DNA from: Chrysomallon squamiferum
Lineage: Eukaryota; Animalia; Mollusca
Direction: 5' to 3'
NCBI GenBank assembly: GCA_012295275.1
Contig: CM022671.1
Location: 10,044,001 to 10,108,000, forward strand
DNA length: 64,000 nt
The notes under the pieces were generated by a model. That model saw only the letters and a program-made list of their open reading frames with translations. It was not told the DNA's origin and did not search any database. The first letter of the stretch is position 1; each line of letters starts with the position of its first letter. This document shows positions 12,848 to 25,200 of this stretch, piece after piece. Position numbers and translations under genes: made by a program.

Positions 12848-15480
12848 AACATTATTATTATTATTATTATTAATAACATTATTATAATTATTACATTAAT
12901 TTGTCATTTCAGAATCTCCAAATCAAAGTTATATTTCAGTGTTGTGTCTTTTTCCTTGTAATGGCAGCAGTTTTTCAACAATGGTTGTACAAGTAAGTGA
13001 AAACCATTTAGTTGTATTTATGTAACATATACTAAAATAAAACCAGCTGTAAAATATTTTAAGAAACAGCTATCCAAGTAAGTGACATAACCACTTGCTA
13101 TTCAAGTTATAAAAATATTTAGCATCAATCCATGAGTTTAGTGAAATATTTGACAGCTATTCAGATAATGAAATATTCAATACTTGTTCATGTAAGTGTA
13201 TTATCCAATAGCTATTCAAGTACATGAAACAGTAGCTATTCATGTGAGTGAAATATTTAATAGATATTTAATTAAATGAAACATTCAGTTGCTATACTGT
13301 GAGTGAAATATTTAATAGCTATACCAGTAAGTAAAGGTAGGTAAAATCCTGTTTTTGGCATGCTGCATATATATAATATGAAATCAGTTCAGATAATGAG
13401 TGAAATTTTCAAATAAATGAAACGAGCAGTAAAACTACAGAATTGTTATTACTGCTTTTCGTTCTGCAACAAGACATTCCCAGGAGATAAAAACTGATTT
13501 ATATCTATTGATTTGTCATGACTAAGTTTATTTTTTACTGTAAAAGACACACATTCCAAATTTTCCAAATGTCATCAGAATTCATCCAGCTGTTGTAAAT
13601 AATAAACATTGTTTCTAGGGCAGCAGGTTCTTATTTAAATAATATAAATATATACCTGTTTATTAATAATGCTGCTATATGGGTTTTTTAAAATTATTTT
13701 GGCAACATTTTTTTATATAGGCACTTGTGCAAGAGTATATTTTTGTGAATGTTGTATGTTCATATAGACAGTGTCTTTGTGCATGTGCATACGTTTTCTC
13801 TGTAGGTGTGAGATGAATTTTAGTCAGTAATGTAAGGAATTGTGTGAATTTAAAATATATTTACTTACAACCTCTTTTCCTTGGCTTAGCTGTGGTTCAG
13901 GGAGTGTCAGTGGCATTATCATTTTCTTTAAGCATTATGTATGTATGTGTGATTTATACTCGTATTTCTTTTTCTTCTTTATAATTTCTGCTTTCTGTTT
14001 TACAGTAAACATTTACTTTGTTTTATTTTGTAAACTAAATTGGCAGGTTTCTTTACATAATTGTAATGGAGTTTGAGACTATTGTTGGATTTGTTTCTTT
14101 TCTTTGATATTGGGAAATGTAAAACCCTCACTGTACTTCAGTTAAATACTCATGCTTTATCTTTTATTATTAGTGCTTTTTTCTTTGTGGATATTGTTTT
14201 GTTTTGGATTTTTTAAAAAGAAAACCTTTATTAGTACTTACAGATGAATATATAATCTTAGTATATCTTAGCAGAACTTCTTACTTTTTTGGGGTGATTT
14301 TGCTATAATTAGTTCATTGTTCATGATGGAGTTCTCACACTGGTTGTTGGGTAACCTTTTTTGTTTTGTTGATTTTTCCTTTCCAGCCATGTGTCAGGCT
14401 GGAAGACTGCTGGAAGAGTCCTGGTAATCGATGCTTTCTAACCTCTTTTTTCCTTCCTCACTTTTATTTAACAAAAAGGAAAAATTAATAATTAAATATT
14501 GGGATCATACTTAAGTACTGACAGTTTTGACTGATGTAAATGAAAATAGAAAATGGTAATTATATGTGGGAATTTTTTGATTTTTGATCCTACATATTTA
14601 ATACATTTTTAGAGACTATTCATTTTTATTTCTTTTCTTTCTTTTCTCAAGTTAAATTCAAAGTTGAAAGTAAAACATGGTAATCATCTTTCTTCAGTAA
14701 ATCCTTAATGTATCTTGCAAAACAGGTAAAAGAGTTAATACATTTTATTTTCTATTTAAATTCAGTAATAATAAAGGGAGATAAGAAATATAGTTTCCTC
14801 TTTTAGAATATTTGTTGAATTCTAAAATATACTGCTCCTCCATTTTTACTGTTGTTGATATTAGGTGATAGTGGAGAAATTTGTTTTTAAGGGTACATTT
14901 CAGGTTATTAGTTCTATCAGTTTGATGTTTGTTTTGATCTGTAGACTGTAAAAAATGCAGCAGATGCTATAGCATTAAATATATTTATTATTATTATTAA
15001 GGAGATTTGACTTTAGAAAGTTTGGGTTTTTGTAGAATGGCAAAACCTTCCTGCTTCTATTTCTGTAGCTTGCAGTTAGAAAGACTACTACATAGAAAAA
15101 CACAAAGATTCAAAGTTTTTGGTTAAAAAGATTTCATTGTGAAAGGGTAATTTAAAAAAAAATAAAAAAATACAACAGTCATTCCCTCACTATACAAACA
15201 AAGTGGAATCTGCCATTTGATACTGAAGTATTTGAAAGTGAACAATTTTATTCAGAAAACTTTGATGTTTGTGTAAATCAATTAGTATACTCTTTTTTTT
15301 TTAAATTTATTTATTTATTTATTTATTTATTATTATTATTATTATTATTCATGCAGGGAGTATAGCAGTTTGTCACGAGTCACAGACTCCAAAAATGACA
15401 GCAGTCCAATTGGACAACTGAAGGCAGCCATGGAAAAAGAACTTCTCATCTCTGAAAGAAGTGAAGAGGAACAGTTATAG
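2817..15480 (+). CDS. MFSD5: Molybdate-anion transporter, MFS family (MFSD5/MOT2-like), 13 coding exons, ~471 aa
   Basis: Exons joined by hand, all GT-AG and phase-consistent: 2817-2964, 3838-3982, 6749-6809, 7247-7354, 8082-8200, 8453-8589, 9554-9750, 10116-10186, 11487-11541, 11989-12091, 12551-12618, 12913-12992, 15357-15480 (1416 nt, ends TAG). Family motifs: FQRTYLFVYLLAMGGDWLQGPHVYALY, GRLLGGTATSILYSAFESW, WTENYGD, QSLFEGSMYVFVLEWTPAL, FETCVGIFWPSLG, RATVMNFFRIPLN. A tiny upstream exon 2661-2667 (ATGGCTC|gttagt) would add MAH in frame. Confidence 0.93.
3039..3097. repeat. (TG)n microsatellite
   Basis: Seen directly; MFSD5 intron 1. Confidence 0.9.
5065..6567. mobile_element. Non-autonomous DNA transposon (~1.5 kb) with ~105-bp terminal inverted repeats, in MFSD5 intron 2
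   Basis: Left end GGGTCATTCCGTGTCAAATCACCC...TTTAAACCCAACCGTCTCAGATTTTTAT...TTGTTGACTGGGATCCCACAGCACC is the reverse complement of the right end GGTGCTGTGGGATCCCAGTCAACAA...ATAAAAATCTGAGACGGTTGGGTTTAAA...GGGTGATTTGACACGGAATGACCC. AT on both flanks. No intact ORF; internal direct repeats at ~5497/5699, 6001/6016 and 6110/6138. Confidence 0.88.
9191..9347. repeat. Perfect 76-bp tandem duplication (2 copies plus TTCAG)
   Basis: TTCAGATGTGCTGATTTCTAAATG...CAAAAGATTGT starts at 9191 and again at 9267; TTCAG recurs at 9343. Confidence 0.9.
10410..10602 (+). mobile_element. Decayed SINE fragment (3' half) in MFSD5 intron 8
   Basis: cataaaaaagattccttcctactaat...ggtttccttgctaattatcagtctgggcttagccacatgtgtgacaccat...gtgttgtttttaaataaaatgtattcttttt follows the order of a gastropod tRNA-SINE 3' region as I recall it; not database-checked. 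Confidence 0.45.
12980..13340 (+). repeat. Degenerate ~28-bp tandem array, consensus ~GTRAGTGAAATATTTAATAGCTATTCAA, starting at the MFSD5 exon-12 donor
   Basis: Recurring gtaagtga/gtgagtgaaatatttaatagctattca units, with GT(A/G)AGT at 12993, 13078, 13192, 13244, 13299 and 13327. Confidence 0.7.
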
Positions 15481-18400
15481 ACTAAGGTCTGATAGCTGAA
15501 AAAGATTACACAGCAAGAAACATGTCAGGATCTTTTTTATAGATGATATCGTTACAATATGACATATTTAAAGGGTCCACATTTGTTAGGAAGAATGATC
15601 TGTTCATCATGGGAAATTTAGTTTGGTATATTTATTCATTTTACATGTCAAGGAAAATGCAATAAATGACAAATTGTCTGTAGTTCATTTTTATGGAGAT
15701 GAAATATTGTTATTTGTTTTTATTATTTTCTTTGCAGGGAAAATACTTAATTACATTATAAACAAAATAAATAATTATTTTCTACATTTAAAAAGCCTTT
15801 TTTAATTGAATTGTTATCTTCTTCTGTTTTTGTTTTGAAGGAGCAAGTTAATGTAAAATTGCACTTCTGTTTGTAAAGGAAATTGTTAGTTTTAATGCTG
15901 GAAACAACATGGCAAAAAAATTATTAATGTGGGTTTGACTAAAATCCATTAAAGTAATATATGTGCAATATGGAGTCCGCATTCAATCACAGCTGATCAT
16001 ACTGCATTTTTTTGATGCACACCTTTCCATAATGATAGCAAGCAAACATCCAGATAAAGAATTATTAACAGTTCTTTCAAATTTTAGGTAGCCCATGTTA
16101 TTAAATAGGTTACATTTTCTGTTTTTTTTATATTTGTATTTTAATTCATTATTTATATTAATATACCGTTGACAGTGTTTGAACCTGAATGTTTTAACCA
16201 AGGAAGTATGAACTTACTTTCATTTCACTGTATTTGAATGTGTGTGTGAATGTCTATTATTCTAAAGGTGCCTAGATTTACTTCAGTTTATCAAGAATGG
16301 TCATATTATATATTCCACATGAAATGAAAATATGTCTTAGCTGACTGATTTTTTTATTATAGAAGGATTAGATTTAAGAATATAACATAGATGTTGCATT
16401 GTTAATGTTTCACTATGTTGCTATATTTTTGTATGGTAATAAATGTTTTTATTATTGTAATACTCATAACCATTCCTTATAGTAAAATGTATTATTTTCA
16501 TAAAATATTCTGTTATATACACACTTGTTTCAGTATTTATATATTGTCATTATTACATTAGTACTTTATATAGATAACAAAATTAAGTAAATTGTGGGAA
16601 TGTTATACATTAAAGAAATAAAGATTTCAGTTATAAATCTAGAGATATAACCAATTATATATGTACATAATGTAATAGGCACCAAAACTATTTTTTTTTA
16701 AATTACATTAACACAACACTTGTGTTTAGTGACTTGCAATTTAAAAATGCATAAACCCATCAAAATGCTGTTCTGAAGTACATAACAAATTTTGGTTTTT
16801 TGTGTTAACATCTTTTTTCATATATGCACAAAATAATGCATACACTTAGATTTTAAATGTGCCCACATATGCTTATTTTTCAATATTTAATTCTGATAGG
16901 GACATCCTTAATATCACATGCCTTATATTTTAAATAGACAGAGCAGAAGATTGCCTCATTCAGAGATGTCTTGTACATGTTGTAAAGGAAATTGCTTGTA
17001 AAATCTCTACTTGTATCGGAAGATTTCGTATAAGGGGAGATAATTAAATTTAAAAACAAGAAATTAAAGCAGAAAACAAATATTAAAAGATCTTTAAATG
17101 TTCTGTTCTAATAGTAATACCTGCTAAATAATAGTTCAGTAGTTGTCTAACCTGCATAGTTGTTAAACTTTTGTTAATAAATTACAAGCTAATTAAATAT
17201 ATTAACATACTTGTTCATGTTAAAGAGGAATGTGTATTTAATATTATAGAAATATGCTGCAGCCTTCCTTACTTTAAACGCGGTGTTTCAGATACTTAGA
17301 TATAAATTTTACTGCAAGTCAGCATAGCTTGCTGGATGGTCAGTACATTTTAAATCAGTTTGTTAACTGGTAGCTCTCAAATCCAGTTTTCATAGATTTA
17401 CTGTCAGAATTATACATTAAAAATTTCACCATTTTTGAATTTATTTTAAAAAATGTCGAGTTATTTGTAAATCCAAGGATTATATAATCCTTTGACAGTA
17501 TCATGATTATAACATCTAGAATATGTCAGATTTTTAAATCCTATGATCTTTTAATTAAGTATATGCATGTTTACTTGTTCAGTCACTTTATATTCTTTCA
17601 TCACTGTTTTTGTTCTAATGAAAGATAATTTTTAAATTCAGATGTTTGGTGCATTAAAATGTGTAATTGTTCACTGGCTGTAACTAGGAATTATTAGAAA
17701 ATGGATCTTGTAAAATGTACACATTTCAGTAGGATTTAACAGCATTATTTGTAGCACTGTTTTATTTTTATTTGTAGATTGAACATTTTTAATCCTGGTA
17801 AAATTACAAAGAGAAAGTGTTATTTTAATGTAAAAAGAAAAAACCTAAATATGTGATTCCAGTGTAAAAAACAATGCTAAAATAAGATTTTTGCAGGCTG
17901 TCCTTTTTCCTTATTTTGTGAAGTCATTTCACCGAAATGTCCATTTCTATAAGCCTCACTTTATTTATGAACAAAAATTTGTTTTGAGTAGAATTACAGT
18001 AAATCACTTGTAAGAAGATGAAATGTTGAGTAATTTATTACAACCGCCAAGCTGATGTTCAGTTCTTGGCACTGTGATATTGTCAAATTCATTAACGCAC
18101 AACACTGAGAAATGGTAATTTATTATTATTATTATTTTTAAAGAAGTAAGCTTCAAATATTCTACAGAATTTGAATTTACAGTTATTATATACAGTTATT
18201 ATTTACAGTTATTATTAAGAAACGGTTATAGGTAAAAACTTGACTATAACACATTCTTTTTGTTTTTAAGATACTAAATAGTTGTTAAATCTCAGGTGAT
18301 AAATGTACCCACCATTTCACTAGATTCTGTTTAATCAAGATTTTTATAAATGGTTTTCAGTAATTTTCTGAAAACAAACTGTTATTTATATCTTAATATG

Positions 18401-19204
18401 ATGACAACTATTAAAACCATTCCAGGCTTGTAAATTTTTAAATTTTATATTATTTTGCTTAAACCTAATAATAATCTAGATTTAATATAGATTTTATTTC
18501 TGGGGTTCTTTTGTGGTTCATAACAGAAATATAGGGTTTTATTTATTTATTTATTTTTGGGGGATTTTAGTCTGGTTATTTCATTGAGTATGAAATAAAA
18601 TTTGTTTGATTTTATAATATTTGTGTTGTTTTAAATGGTAATTTAAGTAGAAACAATGGTAATTGGAAGCAGTAGCTATTTTGAAATAAGATGGACACTT
18701 GTTCATATGCCATTTTTAAAAGTACCATTTCATATGGACTGGACCAAAAGAAATGTTTTTTCCTTTCTTTAAATTTTTTTGTTTGCAGTTATTGTTTGTG
18801 CCACATCTAAGATCATACATTTCTAAGTAATCATTAATGTACTAAAATTAAATCAGGAATACAACAACTGCAAATACAAGAAAAACAATTGTAAAAGATG
18901 TTTATTTTACATCCAGTCCATTTGCCTCACACTCTTATAAACTGAAAATACTCTGAGATGTTTAAATGAATAATGTGTCTATAATTAATAATAATAAATA
19001 GGCCAACAGATTAATTATGTAATGAAAAGAGCATAAAATTGGAGAGAATTTCATTCATTTCTGAATGTCATGTAGCTACTTATTATTATAGTGTAATTGT
19101 TATTTAATCAAAATTTTGTTTTAGTATTCACTATAAGCCAGACAATAAGAGAATATGAAAATCAGATTGCAGAGTTTGACGACAGAGTATGTGAAGCAGA
19201 CTTG

Positions 19205-22200
19205 CTAACTGGACTGTTGTGGAATCATTGGAGTTAGTGGATCGTGGTCCATAGTCTGGTGTAACATCAAGCCAAGAACACCCATGCGATTTGACATTGA
19301 CATTCGAATGTTTCTTTCCTGTTCAAATAATTCATCAATCCGTAGCCACTAAAATAAATAAATAACTAGTGAAAACACAAAGTTAATGGTAATAATCTTT
19401 TTTTGGTAAATATTAACAATAAAACAATGCTGTAAATAACATCCAATTTCAATGAGTACATTTAAATTTATACAAAAATTAGGCTACCAATAAAAATTTA
19501 AAAAAATGTATACCTGTCTCACTCTCTCCATATCAATCTCGGCCCTTCTTAATTTCTCCCACACATAATGCTTTGTGCACTTTCTTTTTGGTGCACCACA
19601 GAATTCACCCGTTTCTTCAAAAACATTAGTGACCAATGGGCAGCCACAAACTTCATCTGGATTTACCTAAAGCATAGTTAAAAGTTACCATCAATAACAC
19701 ATTTAATTGTACATTTTATAGCTTGATCAAAGCCATACTTCAAAACATTACAAACCCTGAGATCAAGATTTTAAATAGTTTTTAAATCACACTTTTATTA
19801 AGCAAATATTTATCCTTTAAAATTTTAATCTAAGTTCCTGCAGAATTTTAGCCAGATGGTTGAAACATTAGAATATTAAAAAAAAAAATTTGCTGAAATT
19901 TTAAATATATTTGGCATTCTGTCAATTAATCATCTTAATGAGATAAACAATTAAACATTATATCATTCAGATATAAGCAGCTGTCATATTTATATATATC
20001 AGGATAATACAATTTCAAAATAATATTTTTCACTTGCCGTCTTTGTTTCTTAATTGCAGAACTTCTAATGAAAAAATAGCTGAAACACATAAAATTAAAG
20101 TGCTTTACACCTATCTTATATACAAACTACTTAAGTCACAAACTTCAGATACAATATTAAAGCATTTAGAATAACAAGCCTCACTTTTGGTTCCTTAGTA
20201 TGTTCTGGACAAAGAACTTTCAGCCTCTTGCAATATGTCTTCTGCTGGGCATTGTAAAAGTCACAGAACATGGAGTTGCCTTCAATGTGTGTCTTGTATA
20301 TAGAACCAAATGATGTCTGCGACTCGAACTGTAATTAAAACAAAAACATTTGTCGAATGAAAGGATTTATGTGTTAATTATTAACAAAGTAGTAAATTTC
20401 AGTTTATTAGATATGAATGTGCACTGAACAATCTGTGATACCAAAATATGAATTTAATTAATGAAGTAAAATAATAATGGCATTTACTGAAAGAGTGCAT
20501 TAATTCATTAACATTCGGTAGTGTTAGAATGTAAGATATTTTTGCTTAAAAAGACTATTATATCATTACTTAACACAAGTTCATCAGAGAGCTTAATAAA
20601 CATATTATCTCATTCTTGTTTAACAAATCAGCAAGATTTATGTTTATCCTTTGACACGTGAAAGGTGTTTATTGACAATCGAAGTTCTTGTACCTTGGCA
20701 AAGCACTTTTCCATGTGTTTTAATGCTCCTCTCTGATTTATCTCGCCACCACAAGTTACACAATAAATAGTATATTCTGTGTCATCATCAGTATCAGCAC
20801 CCTAGAAATAAGTTCAATTTCAAATAAATCAAAATAACTATCAAGTTTATTTTAGCACTTATTGCTTATACTCTATTTTATAAAGACTAAACATATATTT
20901 GTATAATTACTTTTTCTTTTGGTAAAAAATAAAAAATGTAATGACAGCCTTATGTGAATGTGTAGATATCTTCTGTATTACCATATCATTTCAAATAGAG
21001 AAAAAGTTACTAAGTAAATAATTGAAAAAGTAGGTTTGTCTTCTTAATCTTTCAGCATAACAAATTGAAAATAATCAAAAAACTTATAAATATTTAAAAA
21101 TGAATTAAAGACAAAATAAACTGATTTAATACCATTTGCTCAGGATCTATGGTTGCATGTTTTGCTCGTTCTATCAAGGCATCGAGTTCTTGGTGTCTCT
21201 TATCCAGCTCACCCAACTGATTTCTTGCTTCCATCTGTTGTTGTCGAATCTTCTCCAGAGCCTTCTTGTTGTTCTCCTCAGCAACACATGGGCTGCTCTG
21301 CCACTGCTGAATCCGACTTGGCAATATTTCATATATACGACTGAAAGAAAAAATAATGCATTTGTGGAGTACAGAAAGGGAGATAATATAATTATTTAGT
21401 TAACTGAAATTAATACAAATAATGTACTAACAAGAACTAACATTTTAACTTGAGGAATTTTCAATGACAACTAATTCATTTTAACCAATTTATCATTAGA
21501 AAAGAAGTTAATATTAAAGTCATCTAACAGAAGGAATTTAAAATGCTATGGTTACTTAATGACTTGGGAGAAATTAATGAACTTAGCATTTAACTTACCT
21601 TTTAACCATATTGGAAGTAAAGATTCATAGTAGCAATGAGTTATTATAAATACAGATATGTATAACAATTATGATATCACCTTTTTGCAAGTTTCATTCC
21701 ACATTCATCAGAACAGTATTTAGATCCTGGCCTGGCAGCTTCAACACAGGCAGGACCACAACAGTGACGTGGTGAATCATCTTCAGGGTCACCAAAATCA
21801 TCAAGATCTGTGTAACGCTTTTTACTTGGAATAATTAGTTTATTTCGAAGTTTCTGAAACAAGTCATGAAATTATTGTCTTAAATTCTAAATAAAATACA
21901 AATCAAACATTATCTGTATATTCCTTTTCAGTTTACTATTTTAATCTATTCTTTATTGAGGCTGGGTGCTGGGTGAATTAAGCCCTATATCATGCTCTGC
22001 TGTAGAGGCCATAAAAGGAATTCAAGATGTTAAACATTTTCAAACAAGTTATTCTTTAGCCTATTTAAACTCCTTCACTTTTATTTGATGTATTGAAATA
22101 ATTTTATTTTCCTCTTACACATGCTCATATTATTTAAATCCATTTAGTCATATCTTGCCTTTTAGTAAAAAATTAAAAGAAAGAAATTCATACTTCTTTC

Positions 22201-25200
22201 TTGGAAGGTGACTGTTTATGTCTTCCTTTTTCACGCTTGTGTTTATCTTTATGTTGTCTTTTGTCTTTTTTATTTTTCTTCTTTGGAGAGGAAGCATCAG
22301 AAGAGCTTGACCGTCTTTTTCTAGCCTGAAACAGTTGAGATTATCTTACTGAATATACACCATTACAAGCCAGTATTATTATTATAATTGATTAAAACTG
22401 ATGAGAGCCCATATATTGTAAAGTGAACAACATAAAAAAAAATTAAAAAGAAAAATATATCTATGTTAAGTTAAAGAACAGATCCTCTGATTAAATATAT
22501 TCTTTTGCATTTATTCATGACAACTGCAATTCATTAAAATATCTTTTAAATTTAAATGTATCAGTTATTTTATTTTATATCATAAGAAATGAAACTTTGA
22601 TGGCAATGGCTGTTCTAATGTCCAAAAAATGAAGAATTTTTTCATAGATATTTGTGTTTAAAAATAAATAACTTATTATATACAACAATTGGGCTGGTTT
22701 ACTTTAGGCTGAACAATATTTTCAGAAATATATTCATCCTCCTCTTCTACCAAATCACTGAAACCAAATAAATTATAAATTGATACAAAAATCACCATTT
22801 AATTATGAATACTAAATTCTGTACAAAATTCCTTTATTAAACATATGTAATAAATGCATATGAAATATTTATGAAAGTGATCACCAATATATGTTGACTT
22901 AAAGATACTGGAAATTCTTAAAAAAAGCAAATTCCCATGCATACACATACATATCATATATAACTTCAAAAATGAATATATACAGGCCTATGGTGCAGAA
23001 ATTCAAAAGCTATAACTGAATTAAAAGAAATAATTATTTTAGATGAATTATTCAGATAAATTATCAATACACAAGTCTTTTACAGACATGTTGTTAGGTA
23101 TCCATATCATAAATGAGTAATTCATAACTGTTCATCAGTAACAATATTAATAATATGAACATGTAACACATGACATCTGTGGAAGTATATTGCCAAAAAT
23201 ATAAGCTATTGTCATCTATTAAAATAAAAATAAAAATAATAATAATAATAATAATTCTTACTCTATTCTTTCAGGATCTGCAATAGCTGTGAATGTTGAA
23301 TCCCCTTCAAGTTTTGTGACACTTGCATTTAAGCCCTGCAACAATTTATAATTGATCAATTTTAATAATACACCTCTAACACATACACACTTAAAAACAA
23401 TTTCTAAATATAAAAATTTAAGCTTAATAAATAATTAATCTTTGAAAATAACTTACAAAATTCAGACACTGTCGAAGGCGACATTTCTGACGAATTTTAT
23501 TGGGTCCACCGAATTTCTTCATATCCTGTAAGACATATATTTAAAAAAACTAAATCTATGTTTACAATAAATATTAATTAAGAGATCAACATGTTCTTAA
23601 AATAAATCTTTGTTCTAACTATTTAAGGAAATAAAACTAAAAATGATATGTAGACAAAATAAATATTTTGACATTTATCTTTTACTGATTAAAAACAGCC
23701 CAAGAACTATTATAATTTTTTTAATTTTTTTATATCATTGTGGCTGTTCAGAACTGTAGATGCCAAGCCTGCCAATAAGCTGAGCCAACTGCATATACAT
23801 TTATTAAGTACATGATTCAGTGTCCCCCAAAAGATGAAACAAACAAACCTTGCAGAAGTCACATCGACTGCAATCTTCAGTTTTGTGACATGCGTTACAT
23901 TCACCACATCGGCGAGTAGATTTCCTAGCACCTTTTTGCTAATAAACATAAATAAAAATAATAAATAAATGAAATAATAAATATTATTTAATGACATCAA
24001 CACATATTTATTGAAAAAAAAAAAAACAATGATCATAAATTTTTTTATTATTAAAAAATAAATATATTATAATTATGGTAATCAGAGAGTGGAGATCTAA
24101 TTATTTAATTACCTGGGCTGCTCTACCAGTTAGCAAAATGAAATCATTATTGCAAATACCTTCCTATATGCATACCCCAGCTTTTCCTGTACTAGATATC
24201 AGAGTGCACAGACTAGAATGGAATATGGTTTGAGAGGAAACTACAAAGGACTAATCCTGTAAGTTAATATTCAATAGATGAGTATTCTATCACTAAGCTA
24301 ATGTAAGCAATACAGATATCTTCTGTTACTTTAAATTAAATTTCAAACTAGAAGTTAGAAAATGGTAGTGTTGTATGTTATATTGTTATAACCAGAGGGC
24401 AAAATAAATTTTAGTATATTTTATCAACAAGTGCTATCAAAATATTTAATAAAATGAGTCTCGTTTAGGAAAACTTCTGTTTTATTAACTCAAATATTAA
24501 CATACATCTCGAAGTCTTGGATCTCGTTGCAGCATGCGATCTGTGTCACTGGAATCACTCTTTGTTTTGGGCATTTTTGACTTTTTGTTCTTAAATACGA
24601 TTGTCAAACTAGGATTCTTCTCTGCAGAGGTCACAAAAAAAAAAAAATAATAATAATAAAAAATAAAAAAATGAGTTTCTATTAATCTTGACATAAATTT
24701 TTAAATCTTGATGCAAAATCTAATAATTAAATTTAACTGAAAAAATAAATATTTGTAAAAAATGATTTATTTCTTAAAAAAGGAAAGTGAACATACGTCT
24801 GCAAAAGGTGCAGTAATATCGCTTGATTGTCCTAGCATCATGCTGTGTGATCCCAATACAGTCACCATGATACCATTCTTCACAGTTATCACAGCCACTA
24901 AAAATAACAGTAACAAAATATTCAGTAATTCACTCACTTGACCAGGCTTAATCACAGGTTTGAAAATCTTTATCATTTTCCAAATTTAGTATGATTAAAC
25001 ACAATTGTTACATTCTATGTAAGAAGAATACAGAAAAGCTGATGAAGCAGTGTGAAATACTGAATAAAATAGTTTCTTATGCTATAAACAATACAGCATA
25101 TCACTAAAAATATATATTCAATCCACATTGCTTTGTTAAGAGAGTTCTTTTTATGTTACTTTTAAGAAGACCCATTTTGAAAAAAATATTTTAAAATGTC

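Noticed and set aside
12980-13340. CRISPR-like appearance of ~28-29-bp repeats (also 52321-52422)
   Set aside because: Head-to-tail units with no unique spacers, no cas genes, and located in eukaryotic introns.
24240-24310. Possible tRNA gene
   Set aside because: A/B boxes are decayed and no cloverleaf forms; better explained as a SINE head.
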